Positions 1 to 10,800 of a stretch of 63,739 nucleotides of DNA are shown here, one piece after another. The notes under the pieces were generated by a model. It was not told where the DNA came from and made no database searches. It saw only the letters and a list, made by a program, of their open reading frames with translations. Both the position numbers and the translations under genes were made by a program. Numbering within the stretch: position 1 is the first letter of the stretch; each line of letters opens with the position of its first letter. Source of the DNA: a virus (Duplodnaviria > Caudoviricetes); the IMG/VR virus record IMGVR_UViG_3300047560_001667, positions 1 through 63,739 of that record. One strand, given 5' to 3'.

Positions 1-127
1 CTTGCGATATGTTGAACAGCGGAGAGGTGGAATTATGACTTCACATATACTTGATGCGCTATATGCGTTTTTATTATTTATCATGGCAGGTTTTTACGGA
101 TATAAACGTGATTTGTTTAAATTTTTA
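1..127. repeat. 127-bp terminal direct repeat (copy 1), probably a circular-assembly overlap
   Basis: Identical to 63613-63739; length equals a common assembler k-mer; it falls within a run of coding genes. Confidence 0.95.
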
Positions 128-193
128 ACAATGATGACCTTGGGATCAATACTTATGAATACAGTAGCGATAATGATGGAGATGAAGCTATGA
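35..193 (+). CDS. small membrane protein
   Basis: ATG at 35 after GAGGTGG; two hydrophobic stretches; overlaps the stop of ORF 63228-63650 across the circular junction. Confidence 0.6.
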   Translation: MTSHILDALYAFLLFIMAGFYGYKRDLFKFLTMMTLGSILMNTVAIMMEMKL

Positions 194-304
194 AAGGTAC
201 AGCAGTAATTCTTATGTTAATTATAGCAAACTGTCTTTTGTTTTTAGAGCAATCGACTTTCAAGAAAAATATGAAACTTTAAAAACACAATGTGGAGTAA
301 TTAA

Positions 305-475
305 ATGAGCCTTGAATCATATTTATATGAAGAAAAAATAAATAAATTAGTTGAGCTACTTGATGAAGTCTTAGACGCTTGGAGAATTGGTTCTTCAACA
401 TCAGAAGAAAACGACTTGTATGTGAAAGCAATCGATTATTTAAAAGGATTGAGAGATGAGCATTCCGAGATATGA
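305..475 (+). CDS. hypothetical protein (56 aa, MSLESYLYEE...)
   Basis: Read by eye; GGAG upstream; packed in the gene run. Confidence 0.55.
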   Translation: MSLESYLYEEKINKLVELLDEVLDAWRIGSSTSEENDLYVKAIDYLKGLRDEHSEI

Positions 476-611
476 AAAAACTAAAGTTAAAAATCGGCTA
501 AAAACTAGATTTCAAAGACAATTAGATAGTCCACTGTTCAAACTAGGTAATCGTCGTCCAGCTAATGTGGATTTTATTTTAAACAGATATGACTATAGAG
601 ATTACCAATGA
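456..611 (+). CDS. hypothetical basic protein (51 aa, MSIPRYEKTK...)
   Basis: Read by eye; AAGGA upstream; ATGA overlap with next ORF. Confidence 0.5.
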   Translation: MSIPRYEKTKVKNRLKTRFQRQLDSPLFKLGNRRPANVDFILNRYDYRDYQ

Positions 612-793
612 ATAAAAAACTAGCCCTACGGCTATTGAAACTATTGACAGCATTTGAATCGTATTCTTTTTCTATTTCTGAAAAGTTCATGCCTGATTAT
701 TTGCATGATGAACTCGTAACGCTTATGGATGATTTGGAAAGTATCGTACTCGATAAGCCAATTGAAAAAAATCCACACAAACATGATTTTTAA
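608..793 (+). CDS. hypothetical protein
   Basis: ORF track; operon-like packing. Confidence 0.6.
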   Translation: MNKKLALRLLKLLTAFESYSFSISEKFMPDYLHDELVTLMDDLESIVLDKPIEKNPHKHDF

Positions 794-809
794 TTAGAAG
801 GAAATCAAA

Positions 810-1247
810 ATGAAAATTGAAATTAAAAGATTAGATGACACAGCAGTTATCCCTGCTTACGCTACAGAAAAAAGCGCAGCGGTAGATTTGAGAGCTAACA
901 TCACCAAACCAATTAAACTTGATTTAGGTGAAACGGCAATGATCCCAACAGGTCTTGCTATCAATATCTATGACGGTGAAGTGGCGGCAATCATTCTCCC
1001 CCGCAGTGGACTTGGTCATAACTACGGGATTAAACTTGGAAATTCTGTAGGGTTAATTGACGCGGATTATCAATCCCAATTATTTGTGTCTATCAAGAAC
1101 ACGGGAAGTGGGTTATATCGTATTGAACCGCAAGACAGAATTGCTCAAATGATGTTTGTCCCAGTGATTATTGCAGAGTTTGTAGAAGTAGAAGAATTCG
1201 GAACGATAACTGGTCGTGGTGGCTTTGGCAGTACAGGTGTGAAATGA
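810..1247 (+). CDS. dut: trimeric dUTPase
   Basis: Motifs AAVDL, PRSGLG, GLIDADY, DRIAQ, GRGGFGSTG. Confidence 0.97.
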   Translation: MKIEIKRLDDTAVIPAYATEKSAAVDLRANITKPIKLDLGETAMIPTGLAINIYDGEVAAIILPRSGLGHNYGIKLGNSVGLIDADYQSQLFVSIKNTGSGLYRIEPQDRIAQMMFVPVIIAEFVEVEEFGTITGRGGFGSTGVK

Positions 1248-1678
1248 GTTTATTAACAAACGAACAAATTGCAGAATTGATTGGTATTGTTAGTAACCAA
1301 TCGACAAGTAAAGATTTATATGATGAGTTTCACGAATGGAACAAAAAGCAAACAGGTGTACAAGTTAATGTCGATTGGCAAAACGCACCAAAATTTGCAG
1401 ATAAAGCCGTTTTAAGGTTGCATTGGGTTACTGGAGGTAAAGGTTCTGAATTGTGGACTGCTTCAGAGGACGCGATAACATTTGAAAGACCAAAACCAGT
1501 TATTACACCGCACCCACACGCAGAAATATTGGCTAAATATGCTGAAGTGGCAGCAAGAAGGATTGATCCTTGGGAAGAATTTTCGTATAGAGGTAAGTTT
1601 AATAATTGGAAAAGTTTAGGCTCAAATCCAAATTTTCATGTTGATTTTGAATATTGCCACATCGGAGAAACAAAATGA
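1244..1678 (+). CDS. hypothetical phage protein
   Basis: ATGA overlap with dut; VDWQNAP and HPHAEIL...PWEEF segments resemble common phage unknowns. Confidence 0.7.
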   Translation: MSLLTNEQIAELIGIVSNQSTSKDLYDEFHEWNKKQTGVQVNVDWQNAPKFADKAVLRLHWVTGGKGSELWTASEDAITFERPKPVITPHPHAEILAKYAEVAARRIDPWEEFSYRGKFNNWKSLGSNPNFHVDFEYCHIGETK

Positions 1679-1881
1679 TAGCATCAACAGCTTATATACT
1701 AATTAGTACATTGACAATCAATTTTAAATCAACTGTTGTTCAATCAACAGCCACATTTGCAGACAAGGTATCATGTGAATCAGCGGCAACACGACAAGAT
1801 TTTGTTTATAAAGATATGCGCATCAATGGCAAATGGAATCTAACTTGCCACCCTTATCAGCTTAATGAGGTGAAGAAATGA
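1675..1881 (+). CDS. small, possibly exported protein with two Cys
   Basis: Hydrophobic N-terminus from the ATG at 1675; F..K.SC..A and terminal C pattern. Confidence 0.6.
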   Translation: MIASTAYILISTLTINFKSTVVQSTATFADKVSCESAATRQDFVYKDMRINGKWNLTCHPYQLNEVKK

Positions 1882-2168
1882 AAATTAAAGTAGATTCGGA
1901 TGAATTGTACCCCCTGTATCAACTATATGATTTCTGCGGTAAAGAAGTTGAGGTCACTGAAGAGTTTCATAAAGAATACACAGAGGTAATGGATAAGTTT
2001 TGGAATATGCAAAGAACACTAAGTGATTTATATCATGGAAAAGACGATGATAAATCTCCTTATGCTTTTTGTAATATGCCTGAGTCTACATACGATGAAG
2101 ACGAAAAAGGTACACTGACATTTAAAGTAAAAGACAGATATAACTTCTCGTGGGAGGACAAGGTATGA
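1878..2168 (+). CDS. hypothetical acidic protein
   Basis: ORF track; GAGGTG upstream; overlapping start/stop. Confidence 0.65.
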   Translation: MKIKVDSDELYPLYQLYDFCGKEVEVTEEFHKEYTEVMDKFWNMQRTLSDLYHGKDDDKSPYAFCNMPESTYDEDEKGTLTFKVKDRYNFSWEDKV

Positions 2169-2752
2169 AAGTAACCTTAGTGCAAAGCACACCCAACCCA
2201 GAAGAACATATCGGCTTACTTGCCGGTATCTGCTACGGTAAAACTGAATCATCCCCAGAGCAGTGTATCAAACGAGCTGAACACTGCGTGACTAAAGGGC
2301 ATTTATCTACACTGCGTTTTGCTCATGCGACATTTTTAGTTGAGGATATTAGCCGTATTTGTTCACACCAGTTTGTTCGCAGTAAGCATTTAGATTTCCT
2401 GCAACGTAGTCAACGGTATTGTAATGAAGGTGAAATTGAAAGTGTAATGCCAGACTCTATAATGAGTTCTAAATATCATATTGACGCATGGGAAATACAA
2501 AATCATTCTAAATGGTTATACGATAAGTTAATTGCTGATGGGTTTAAGAAAGAAGATGCACGATTCGTTTTACCACAAGGCACAATAACAGAGCTTCTTG
2601 TAGTGGGTAATTTCCAAGCGTGGTATGACTTTATCAAACTGCGTAGTGGCAAAGAAGCCCAATGGGAAATACGAGAAGTAGCACATGAAATAAATAAACA
2701 GCTACATGGTATTGCGCCAAATATTTTTAAGGAACTACCCGATGGAACTTAG
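2165..2752 (+). CDS. thyX: flavin-dependent thymidylate synthase
   Basis: ISRICSHQFVRS...SQRY, EDARFVLP, LRSGKEAQWEIR motifs; likely start at 2165 after GGAGG. Confidence 0.93.
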   Translation: MKVTLVQSTPNPEEHIGLLAGICYGKTESSPEQCIKRAEHCVTKGHLSTLRFAHATFLVEDISRICSHQFVRSKHLDFLQRSQRYCNEGEIESVMPDSIMSSKYHIDAWEIQNHSKWLYDKLIADGFKKEDARFVLPQGTITELLVVGNFQAWYDFIKLRSGKEAQWEIREVAHEINKQLHGIAPNIFKELPDGT

Positions 2753-2963
2753 AGCATGTGAGATTTGCGGTGTTGATAAGCCTACCATATTATTTGCTAA
2801 AAACAGTTTAACGTGCAAAGTATGTACGCATAATGCTGGGACACAAGAATACTTGCAAAGACGAAAACGCAAAGATGAAAGCACGATGGATAATAGATTG
2901 TGTAAAAAATTTCTAAAACAACACACAGTAAAACCTACAGGCTGGGAGATGACATTATGTTAA
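2742..2963 (+). CDS. small zinc-finger protein
   Basis: CEIC...CKVC; AAGGA upstream of ATG 2742. Confidence 0.65.
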   Translation: MELRACEICGVDKPTILFAKNSLTCKVCTHNAGTQEYLQRRKRKDESTMDNRLCKKFLKQHTVKPTGWEMTLC

Positions 2964-3208
2964 AAGGTGACAGTGTACATACAGTGCAAGAAGATTTAGT
3001 TAACTCACCTTCGCACTATGCAAATGGTACAATAGAGTGTATCGATGCAATGGAATCTATGCTGACACGCGAAGAGTTCATTGGGTATCTGCGAGGTAAT
3101 GCGTTTAAGTATATGTGGCGCTTTCGCAATAAGGGTAATGCCGAGCAAGACTTAGCCAAAGCCGCTTGGTACACTAATCGATTAAATGCACTATTCAGTT
3201 CAAAATGA
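2957..3208 (+). CDS. DUF3310 (SaV-like / T7 gp1.7-like) protein
   Basis: DLVNSPSHY...IECIDA...GYLRGNAFKY.WR...K...EQDL.KA.WY. Confidence 0.9.
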   Translation: MLKGDSVHTVQEDLVNSPSHYANGTIECIDAMESMLTREEFIGYLRGNAFKYMWRFRNKGNAEQDLAKAAWYTNRLNALFSSK

Positions 3209-3492
3209 TTACATGGTCTGACTTGGTGCTTCCACCAATTAATTTATGGTCGCTGCCAAGTCAGCCAACCTTAACGAGAAAGAGAAAGATGTCAACAGAA
3301 GAAGGGAATACAGACCTTGCAGCATTACATGAAGAGATGATTCGAGAAAAGTCCATAGCTGCAATTAGAAAAGAAGCTGCGAAAATAGACACTAGCAATC
3401 CTACTGGTCTTTGCTGGAACTGCGGTGAATACATAGGTTATACAAGGCGATGGTGCGATGCTGACTGTAGGGATGTATATGAAAACAACTAA
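3205..3492 (+). CDS. C4 zinc-finger protein (DksA/TraR-like or DUF2116-like)
   Basis: GLCWNCGE...RRWCDADCRD; real start may be the downstream ATG (MSTEEG). Confidence 0.65.
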   Translation: MITWSDLVLPPINLWSLPSQPTLTRKRKMSTEEGNTDLAALHEEMIREKSIAAIRKEAAKIDTSNPTGLCWNCGEYIGYTRRWCDADCRDVYENN

Positions 3493-3640
3493 AGAAATTA
3501 AACCTCATATTAAAAAGATAGGTGATTTTTGGGTGTGCTATAGTCTATGGGATACCGTTCCTTGCACGGCTAAAAAGCCAGAGAAAGCCTACTATCGATG
3601 GTTAACTAAAAACGCATTACATTTAGAGAAGGATAAATAA
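3479..3640 (+). CDS. hypothetical protein
   Basis: ORF track with in-frame ATG; KPHIKKIG.FW.C pattern. Confidence 0.55.
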   Translation: MKTTKEIKPHIKKIGDFWVCYSLWDTVPCTAKKPEKAYYRWLTKNALHLEKDK

Positions 3641-3641
3641 T

Positions 3642-3938
3642 ATGCCATATAAAGACCCAAATGATCGTGATTATAAACACGAGCATAAACTTGAAATGCA
3701 AAAACCTAAAGCTCGGTCACTACGCGCTGATCGTCAACGTGCAAGACGTGAGATGGATAAAGAAGGTATTGCTCGAAAAGGTAAAGACATTGACCACAAG
3801 AAACCACTTAGCAAAGGTGGGTCAAACAGTAAAAGTAATTTACGTTTAGTCGAACCTGAAACTAACCGTGCGTTCTCTCAAGCTAAAGGTAAAACTGTTA
3901 AAAACAAAAATCCAGGTAGTCGCAAAGTGAGTAAATAA
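3642..3938 (+). CDS. small HNH endonuclease
   Basis: KDIDHKKPLSKGGSN...NLR...NR. Confidence 0.85.
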   Translation: MPYKDPNDRDYKHEHKLEMQKPKARSLRADRQRARREMDKEGIARKGKDIDHKKPLSKGGSNSKSNLRLVEPETNRAFSQAKGKTVKNKNPGSRKVSK

Positions 3939-3939
3939 T

Positions 3940-4800
3940 ATGGCGAATAAATTATTCATAAGTGATGGGAAGTTTTATGTCGTAGCTGCATCACAGAAAA
4001 TAGTTAAACTCCCCCATGATAATACTTTAGAGGTCGTCATCATTGATGCCGCACTTGAGTTTGTGGAAAAGGAAGGTATTAAATCACAATCATTAGCTGT
4101 CGTCATGGCGAACAGAATTGATGGGGATGTGTTCTCATTCACGGTAACTGAAGAATCTATCTTTGGGGATATTGTTCACAATGAGCAAAAGCTCAAAACG
4201 TATCTTGATAAATGCTATGCACATTCTTTACCTTTCTTTGGGCTTGTAACGCGACTTAACATTGTAGGTGAAGACATATCACCCTACATTGCGTTCTCGG
4301 CTGTACGCGCCTTAGATGAGCTTGAGTATCAGGCTGTGCTAAAACAGCGTAAAACGCAAGAATGCGTAGACGCAGTGGGCACTAGTATCTCTTCTATTCC
4401 CATAGGGATTGAGCATTTAAAAGATGGTGTAACTGAAGTTGATCGAGCGTCGTCATTTTTAAATGAAAGTATTTTCAACTTTGTCAAAGCGAACAAACAG
4501 CTCATCCTTATTTCAAATAAAAATAAACGTCATACCGTACTTGAGCAAACAGTAGTTAATGATGTTCCCGTTGCACGTTACGCCAAAGATACAGGTGTGT
4601 TCTATATTGCTATAGCGCAGTTCGATGCGTGGTGTAGAGCTAACGATATAGACCCTTCAGACGTAATCGAAGCGGCTAAAAAAGAAGTGGATGGAGTCAT
4701 TCGATTAGTTAAGCTTGACATGACTTCCGCCAATGGCGTAAAATGCCTGCAAATTGATTTTGACAAACTCTCCCTCGATGAGTCCGCTTTGTTGATTTAA
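3940..4800 (+). CDS. hypothetical protein
   Basis: 286-aa ORF followed by a terminator; no confident family. Confidence 0.7.
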   Translation: MANKLFISDGKFYVVAASQKIVKLPHDNTLEVVIIDAALEFVEKEGIKSQSLAVVMANRIDGDVFSFTVTEESIFGDIVHNEQKLKTYLDKCYAHSLPFFGLVTRLNIVGEDISPYIAFSAVRALDELEYQAVLKQRKTQECVDAVGTSISSIPIGIEHLKDGVTEVDRASSFLNESIFNFVKANKQLILISNKNKRHTVLEQTVVNDVPVARYAKDTGVFYIAIAQFDAWCRANDIDPSDVIEAAKKEVDGVIRLVKLDMTSANGVKCLQIDFDKLSLDESALLI

Positions 4801-4836
4801 TTGTGCTTCATGTGTTACTCCTCTCTTAAAGACTTT

Positions 4837-4876
4837 AACCCCACAGAATTAAACTGCCTGTGGGGTCTTTTTTTTA
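4837..4876 (+). terminator. intrinsic terminator between convergent transcription units
   Basis: ACCCCACAG...CTGTGGGGT stem followed by a T-tract. Confidence 0.8.
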
Positions 4877-4877
4877 T

Positions 4878-7800
4878 CTACTGCCCTGTGGCTTTTCTGT
4901 AATACAAGTCACCTTTTCTAGCTAAATCATTAATCTCAGCTTTAATCACTTCGATTCTATCCGCACGTTGCTGAGCTGTATATCTGCTATTTGGCGCATT
5001 TTTAATAGAGTTGATAATTTTATTCTTTTCAGTTATTTGTTTTTTAATTCTATTCAACTCAGTGGACGCTCGATACAATGCTTTATTGTTGTCATCACTC
5101 ATTAAGTCGTTGTACTCAGCGCTCTTACCATCTTTCTTAAACTTCTCAGCTTGAGCGTGTATTTCATCAGCACGTTTAGTTTCATTGTAAAAATCATTGA
5201 GGAAAACACTTTTATTTGGATTAGGGAACATATTCCCAAATAAATAACTACTAGATGTAATATCTTTAGCAGGTTTTTCAATGAGGTCAGGATTAAGCTC
5301 TTGAGCAAACTCATCTATACCCCACAGCCCTATACCTGCCACTGTCCCACCAACAGAACTGAAAATATGATCTATTTTCACAGGTGATAAGTTCATAACT
5401 TCAGGTAAATTCTTAGCAATCATATTAGCCAATTGCGATGAGCGTTGTTCACCTCTGTATTTAACAGGTACGGCTTGTTCAGCTGGCGTTTCAATACCAC
5501 GTCCACTATGGAAATCCATGTTCAGTTTTTGTTGTAATGGTTCTTTAAGCACAGCTGGGATAGGTACATAGGTTTCACCGATACCCGCAGGGAGCATACC
5601 TTTACCTAATTCACCAGCAGCTTTAAGGAGTTGATCGCCAGTGCGTGTTTCAAAACTCGCTTGCATTACCATTTCAGGTAGCCATTTTAAGAACGACAAC
5701 TCTTTTGGTAATGGTAAATTAACAAAGTCATCATCACCTGTAGGGATTGAAATCGAATTGTAATCAGATTGGTTTTGATACGCCTTGTTGTCTAAATAAT
5801 AGAATGACAATGCCCCTGCAAAGAACGCAGCTTGCGCGGCTTTTACTGCAACCTTTTTCTTAAACGCTTTGCGTTGAGATTTAGGTACACCAACACCCAT
5901 AACCGCTCTACGCATTTGCTCAAGACCGAAGATTTGAGATGCTAAGAATGGAATGGTGTATTTCAACTGCTGGAAAGTTTCAGATGTTCCACGCATAGCT
6001 GGTAAGAACGATTCACGCGCTTTAGCTATTGCATAAGAGTCAGCTTGTGAATCTGACATCTTCAATTCTTTCTTCGCTTTAGAATACGCCATTTCATAAA
6101 CATTCACTTTAGTGGCTGCGTCAATCATGCTATGCGCATAGGCACTTGCATTTTCAGCTTTCGCCTGTGCTTTTTTAAGTTTGTTTTGCTCAGTTAAACC
6201 TTTGCCAATATTCTTAACAAAGCCCGCATGAGTAGATGCGTAATTAGGGTCATGTACAACACCGACAATTCCATTACGAATTAACTTCTCTGTAATTTCT
6301 TTTTTGCGACCTTTCATAGGCGTACTTAGAAATTTCATAGTATCTAACGGGGATACCCATCCTAAGTCATTTGTCAAAGACGCTTGAAGTGGATTTCGAA
6401 TTGCCTCCGCTTTAAAGAATCCTGGTGTATTCGTAAAGAACATAGAGTTTAATCGAGCAAAGCTACGAGGTATTTTATACAAATTACCAAGCTCGTTATG
6501 TATCATGGTATATGCCGGAATCAATGACGGGTCATCGAGTTTATAGAATACGCGTTTACCATTTTCCATCACAGCCACATTACCGCGTTCAAATTTCTTA
6601 GACGGATCAACTTTATGCCCAGCACCTAAATTTGAAATTTGCTCTGTTGCGGCTTTCTTCGCCTCATTATCCATAACAGCAGTTGCACAACTCGCAAGGT
6701 GGTTCTTCATATTCTCCCATGCGTTGATAGTATGCTCAGAGCCTGTTCTTTCTCTGAATACTTTTGTCATGGTATTGCCAATTTTGATACCACCTTTCTT
6801 CTCAACACCTGTGTGTTCAAAGATTTCCTCATTAATCATAAAGTTTGGGATATAAAAATCATTTGTTTTCCATTCTCTATGTTGTTGAGCAGAGATTAAC
6901 CCAGACTTGTACATCTGATCGACAACTGAATGATTGATAGCTGTCCATGAGTTAATTGCATCTCGAAGTGCTGGATACTTAGCACACAGCGCGTCCGCTT
7001 GCGCGACTTCTTTATGGAGAAGCGAAGGGTCTTTTCTGTATTTTTCAGGTAGCTTCTTAGGATCACGTTTAGAAAGCGATTCTTTATCATAAACGTACAT
7101 CATATCTTGCACGGCTTTACGACCCCAATCCCCTACAGAATCCGCCATCTCTACCATAGTTTTTAAAGACACATTGCGAGTTCGACCTGTACTCACCATT
7201 TTTAAAGGCACTTCAACTGCTGATACAGTTCCATCTTCATTAACTTTAAACGCACCTGTATCAATAATGGCGTTTGCAATGTTATGCCCTTGCAGTTTTT
7301 GCGCTTGAAGCATATCTGCTCGAAGTTTACCTAAATGGTGATAACCGGGTAGATTCTCATCAAGAAACTTAGTTAACTTGTGCGAACCGTTAACCCAAGT
7401 ATTCATGAAATCATCAAACCGATTTTCCCATGTTTTATTTTCTTTTTCTTCCTTCTCTGGTCTTTGCATTGTATTGCCAGTTTCAGATAAGGCTTTGGCT
7501 TCATCGGGAATGCGAGAATAGCGATTCTCAGCTTTAGGCGTAGTTACCCCTAAAATTATCGCATCTTCTTTAGCAACACCTTGAGAGGTATATGGCGCAG
7601 TTTCTTTACGTTGTTCTGGTGTAAAGTCTTTGCGAGCTTCAACGTCCCTAGATTCTACTTCACCTGAAATTAGTTGATACACGCGGTGCTTAATTCCATC
7701 AGGAATCAACTTATTTAACTTTCTACTATGTTCTCTAATGTCACTTTCAGTTTCATTTTTTAACGATCTAAGTCTAGTTAACTGATTTTTAAGAGTAGAT

Positions 7801-10800
7801 AATTCAGCCTCTTGTTTATTAACAGCCTTTTTAATTGCGGAATAAGTGTCTACATACTCCATAGCCTCGGAATGAAGTCTATCATTTTCTTCATATATGG
7901 TATCTACATCACGTTTTATTTTATCTCTATTTGGATCATCCCATCGGTAAAGATTACGTTGCTCATTCAAAGTCGCTATGCGTTCGTTATTTTTTGCAAT
8001 AGCATCTTTAACGTATTGATATTTTTTTTCATTTTCATTTCGAGTTTTAAATTCAATAGATTTTATTTCCGATTCAACAGATTTCATTTTTGAATCAATA
8101 TTTTCTTTAATTTTGGATAACCTATCGTCAATCTTTTCTAATCTACTTAGTTCTTTATGGATAGCGTTTATTTCAGAAATACTTTCACGAGTATCAGCTA
8201 TACCTTTTTTATCCAATGATTTTATGAATCCAATCTTTTCATTATCTATCTGTTTCTCTAATGTGTTAAGTAAATTTTCATCATAGTTTTTAATAGTATT
8301 ATAGTTACCTCCTAGTGCAAAACCTTCCTTAGTTTGAACCCAATGTTGCAACTCATGAATCATAGTGCTTCTTGGATTTTGAGCATAAGGAGTAACAACT
8401 ATTTTATTTTTGTCTTCATTAAACCACCCTTGCTGACTTTTAGACCAATCAAGGAAAGGTGCTCTTATTTCAAAAGATATATCCTTAGCGTCAGGGTACA
8501 ATTTAAATAATTCGACACTATCAAATACATCTCCTACTTTTAAATCAGTTGTTTTAGGAATAGATTTAAAATCATTTTTAAAATCAGCGTTTCTATCATC
8601 AATTTCAAATCGCCATTTATTATCGTGACCTAAAAACCATCCCGTATCTTTGCGAATAGATTCAGAATCAACACCTTCTTTCTCCATTTTTATAGCGCGG
8701 TCTAGTGCTGACTTATCTGCGCCTTTAGCTTTTTGACCAACATAAGAGTACGCATTTCCATTTCTAGTGTTACGTTTCGCTGATCTCACTTGATGACGCA
8801 CTGCTTTCTCAGCAAGATGACGTAAATCATGCTCAGTCACTTTAAGATTAGTACCTAAATGCTGACGAGCAAAGTTGCGAATAGCTGACGTAATACGTTT
8901 GACAATAGGTAGATTAGGACTATGCTCAACTAAATACGCAATAACTTCCTCAGCCTTTAAATGATCTGGTATATCACTAGGTACTTTTTTGCGAGCTTCT
9001 TCAAACGGTTTGCCCGCTTGCGTTAGAGCCTGAGATTTAATGTTCTTCCAAACTTTAGAGCCAAGCATTTTCTCCATACCCGCATGTACACCAACCTCAT
9101 GTAAGAACACACCATGTAGGTTTTCTGGTGTAAGCTTGTTTGCCACAAAGTGAGCAACACCTTCAGGAGTAACCATCCCTTTAACAGTTTCTGGTGAGAT
9201 GACATCAGCAGGGAGCGTTTCATGCGTATCATGTATTACCGCTTTTCCGCTATCCACCATCTTGCGCATCTCAGGTGTCATGTGCTCTTTCAAAGACTCT
9301 ACAGTATGACCTGTATCATGCTCTGTCGGTGCAGTTTCTTCATAGACATGATTGTTGTCTTCAGTAGGGGGTGTTTCTTCTGATGTTGCAGGTTCTTCAG
9401 GGATTGTTTCTTCTTTAGCTACAGGTTTCTCAGCTTTTGGGCGAATCTCTTGTTCAGTATAAGGTACGCGCTCACTAGGTGCTTCTGGATTCCAATCGGG
9501 ACTTTCTTTTGCGTGTGTATCTAAAATAGGACCCATATCAGCTTGAGTGATTTCTTGAGCACCTGTTTTTGCATTAGAGTATTGGTCATACACTGCTTTT
9601 CGACCTTCAACGCCTAAATCTCTAAATTTAGGCAACTCACTTTCTTTAGACTTTTTAACATACGCATCATACGCTTTAGCCGCTGGGACGAGTTCAGGTT
9701 TTAAATCCTCGTAAGGATGCTCAGGTTTAGTGGCTTTCTTGTATAACGCTTCAGCTTGTTTAGTAGGGACAGGTTCGCCCGTTGTTAAGTGTGGGAAAGT
9801 ATGTTCGTCTTTAGCGGTAAGGGTACGCCACTCTTTCTTAGCCTCTTCAGAAATGTTCTCATAAGGGTGAGCTTCTTCACCAAAGGTGCTATGCCACGCT
9901 TCTTTTTCAGCTTGCAAAGGTTTTTGAGAAGGTCCTGCGATTTCATCAAACGCTTTGATAACTTTCTTAGTGGGTACAAGTATCTCTGGATTCTTCTTAT
10001 CTGGTGTTGATATTTTATTTAATTCACCAATCTTTTCAGAGAAGGTGTCTTTAGCTTCATCGGGTAAATTCTCCCAACTAGGCGAGTCTTCATCTGCGCG
10101 ACCAGTGTGCGCACGCATATCTTCCCAAACCGCAGCAGGATCAGCAATTTTATTCGGATGAAAAGGTGTTGTGCGCTCAGCTTCAGCTTGTTTAGCCGCT
10201 TGCTCTTGAGCTAAGTTCTCTCTAGCAGCAGTGGCTTCAGGTGTTGCGCCAATATCAGATACTCTTTGCTCTGCTTGCTCTTTGGCTATTTTCTCTGGGT
10301 TATGACCTACTGCGTGTAGTGCGCCAAACACAGGGGCTAAAGGTAAATTCTCTTTAAACCCTTCTGCTATATCACCTAGTGATTGTTGATCTTCACCAGT
10401 ACCTAGACGCATAGCCGCTTCACGTCCCGCCATAAAGGTAGGGACAGTCACCGCATTTGACGCTGTACCAGCCGCAAAGTCACGAAGTAAGTTTAACTTA
10501 GTGCGTTCATCAGGTAACTTATCTAATGCTGCTCTTGCTGCATCTTGCTCGGCTTGGTGAATAGCCGCTTGACCTTCAGCGGTATTAATCGTCCCATCAG
10601 CTGTACGCTTTGCAATCTCAGCTTCTCTAGCTAACGCAGCTTCTTTAGCAACCATCTCTTCAGCTGCTTTAGCAGTAACGCGACCTGTTGCTTTTTCAAC
10701 TAACTTAGCCGCACCTTTGCCAAGTAAACCTGTTCCAGGTACACCTGCTACATCTAACGCAGCTGTACCTAAACCTGTCGCCACTGCTCTTTCTGGTGAT

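Noticed and set aside
1-127. Biological terminal repeat marking the physical genome ends
   Set aside because: Exactly 127 bp and within coding sequence; more likely an assembly overlap. True ends may lie near 45.4-46.0 kb.
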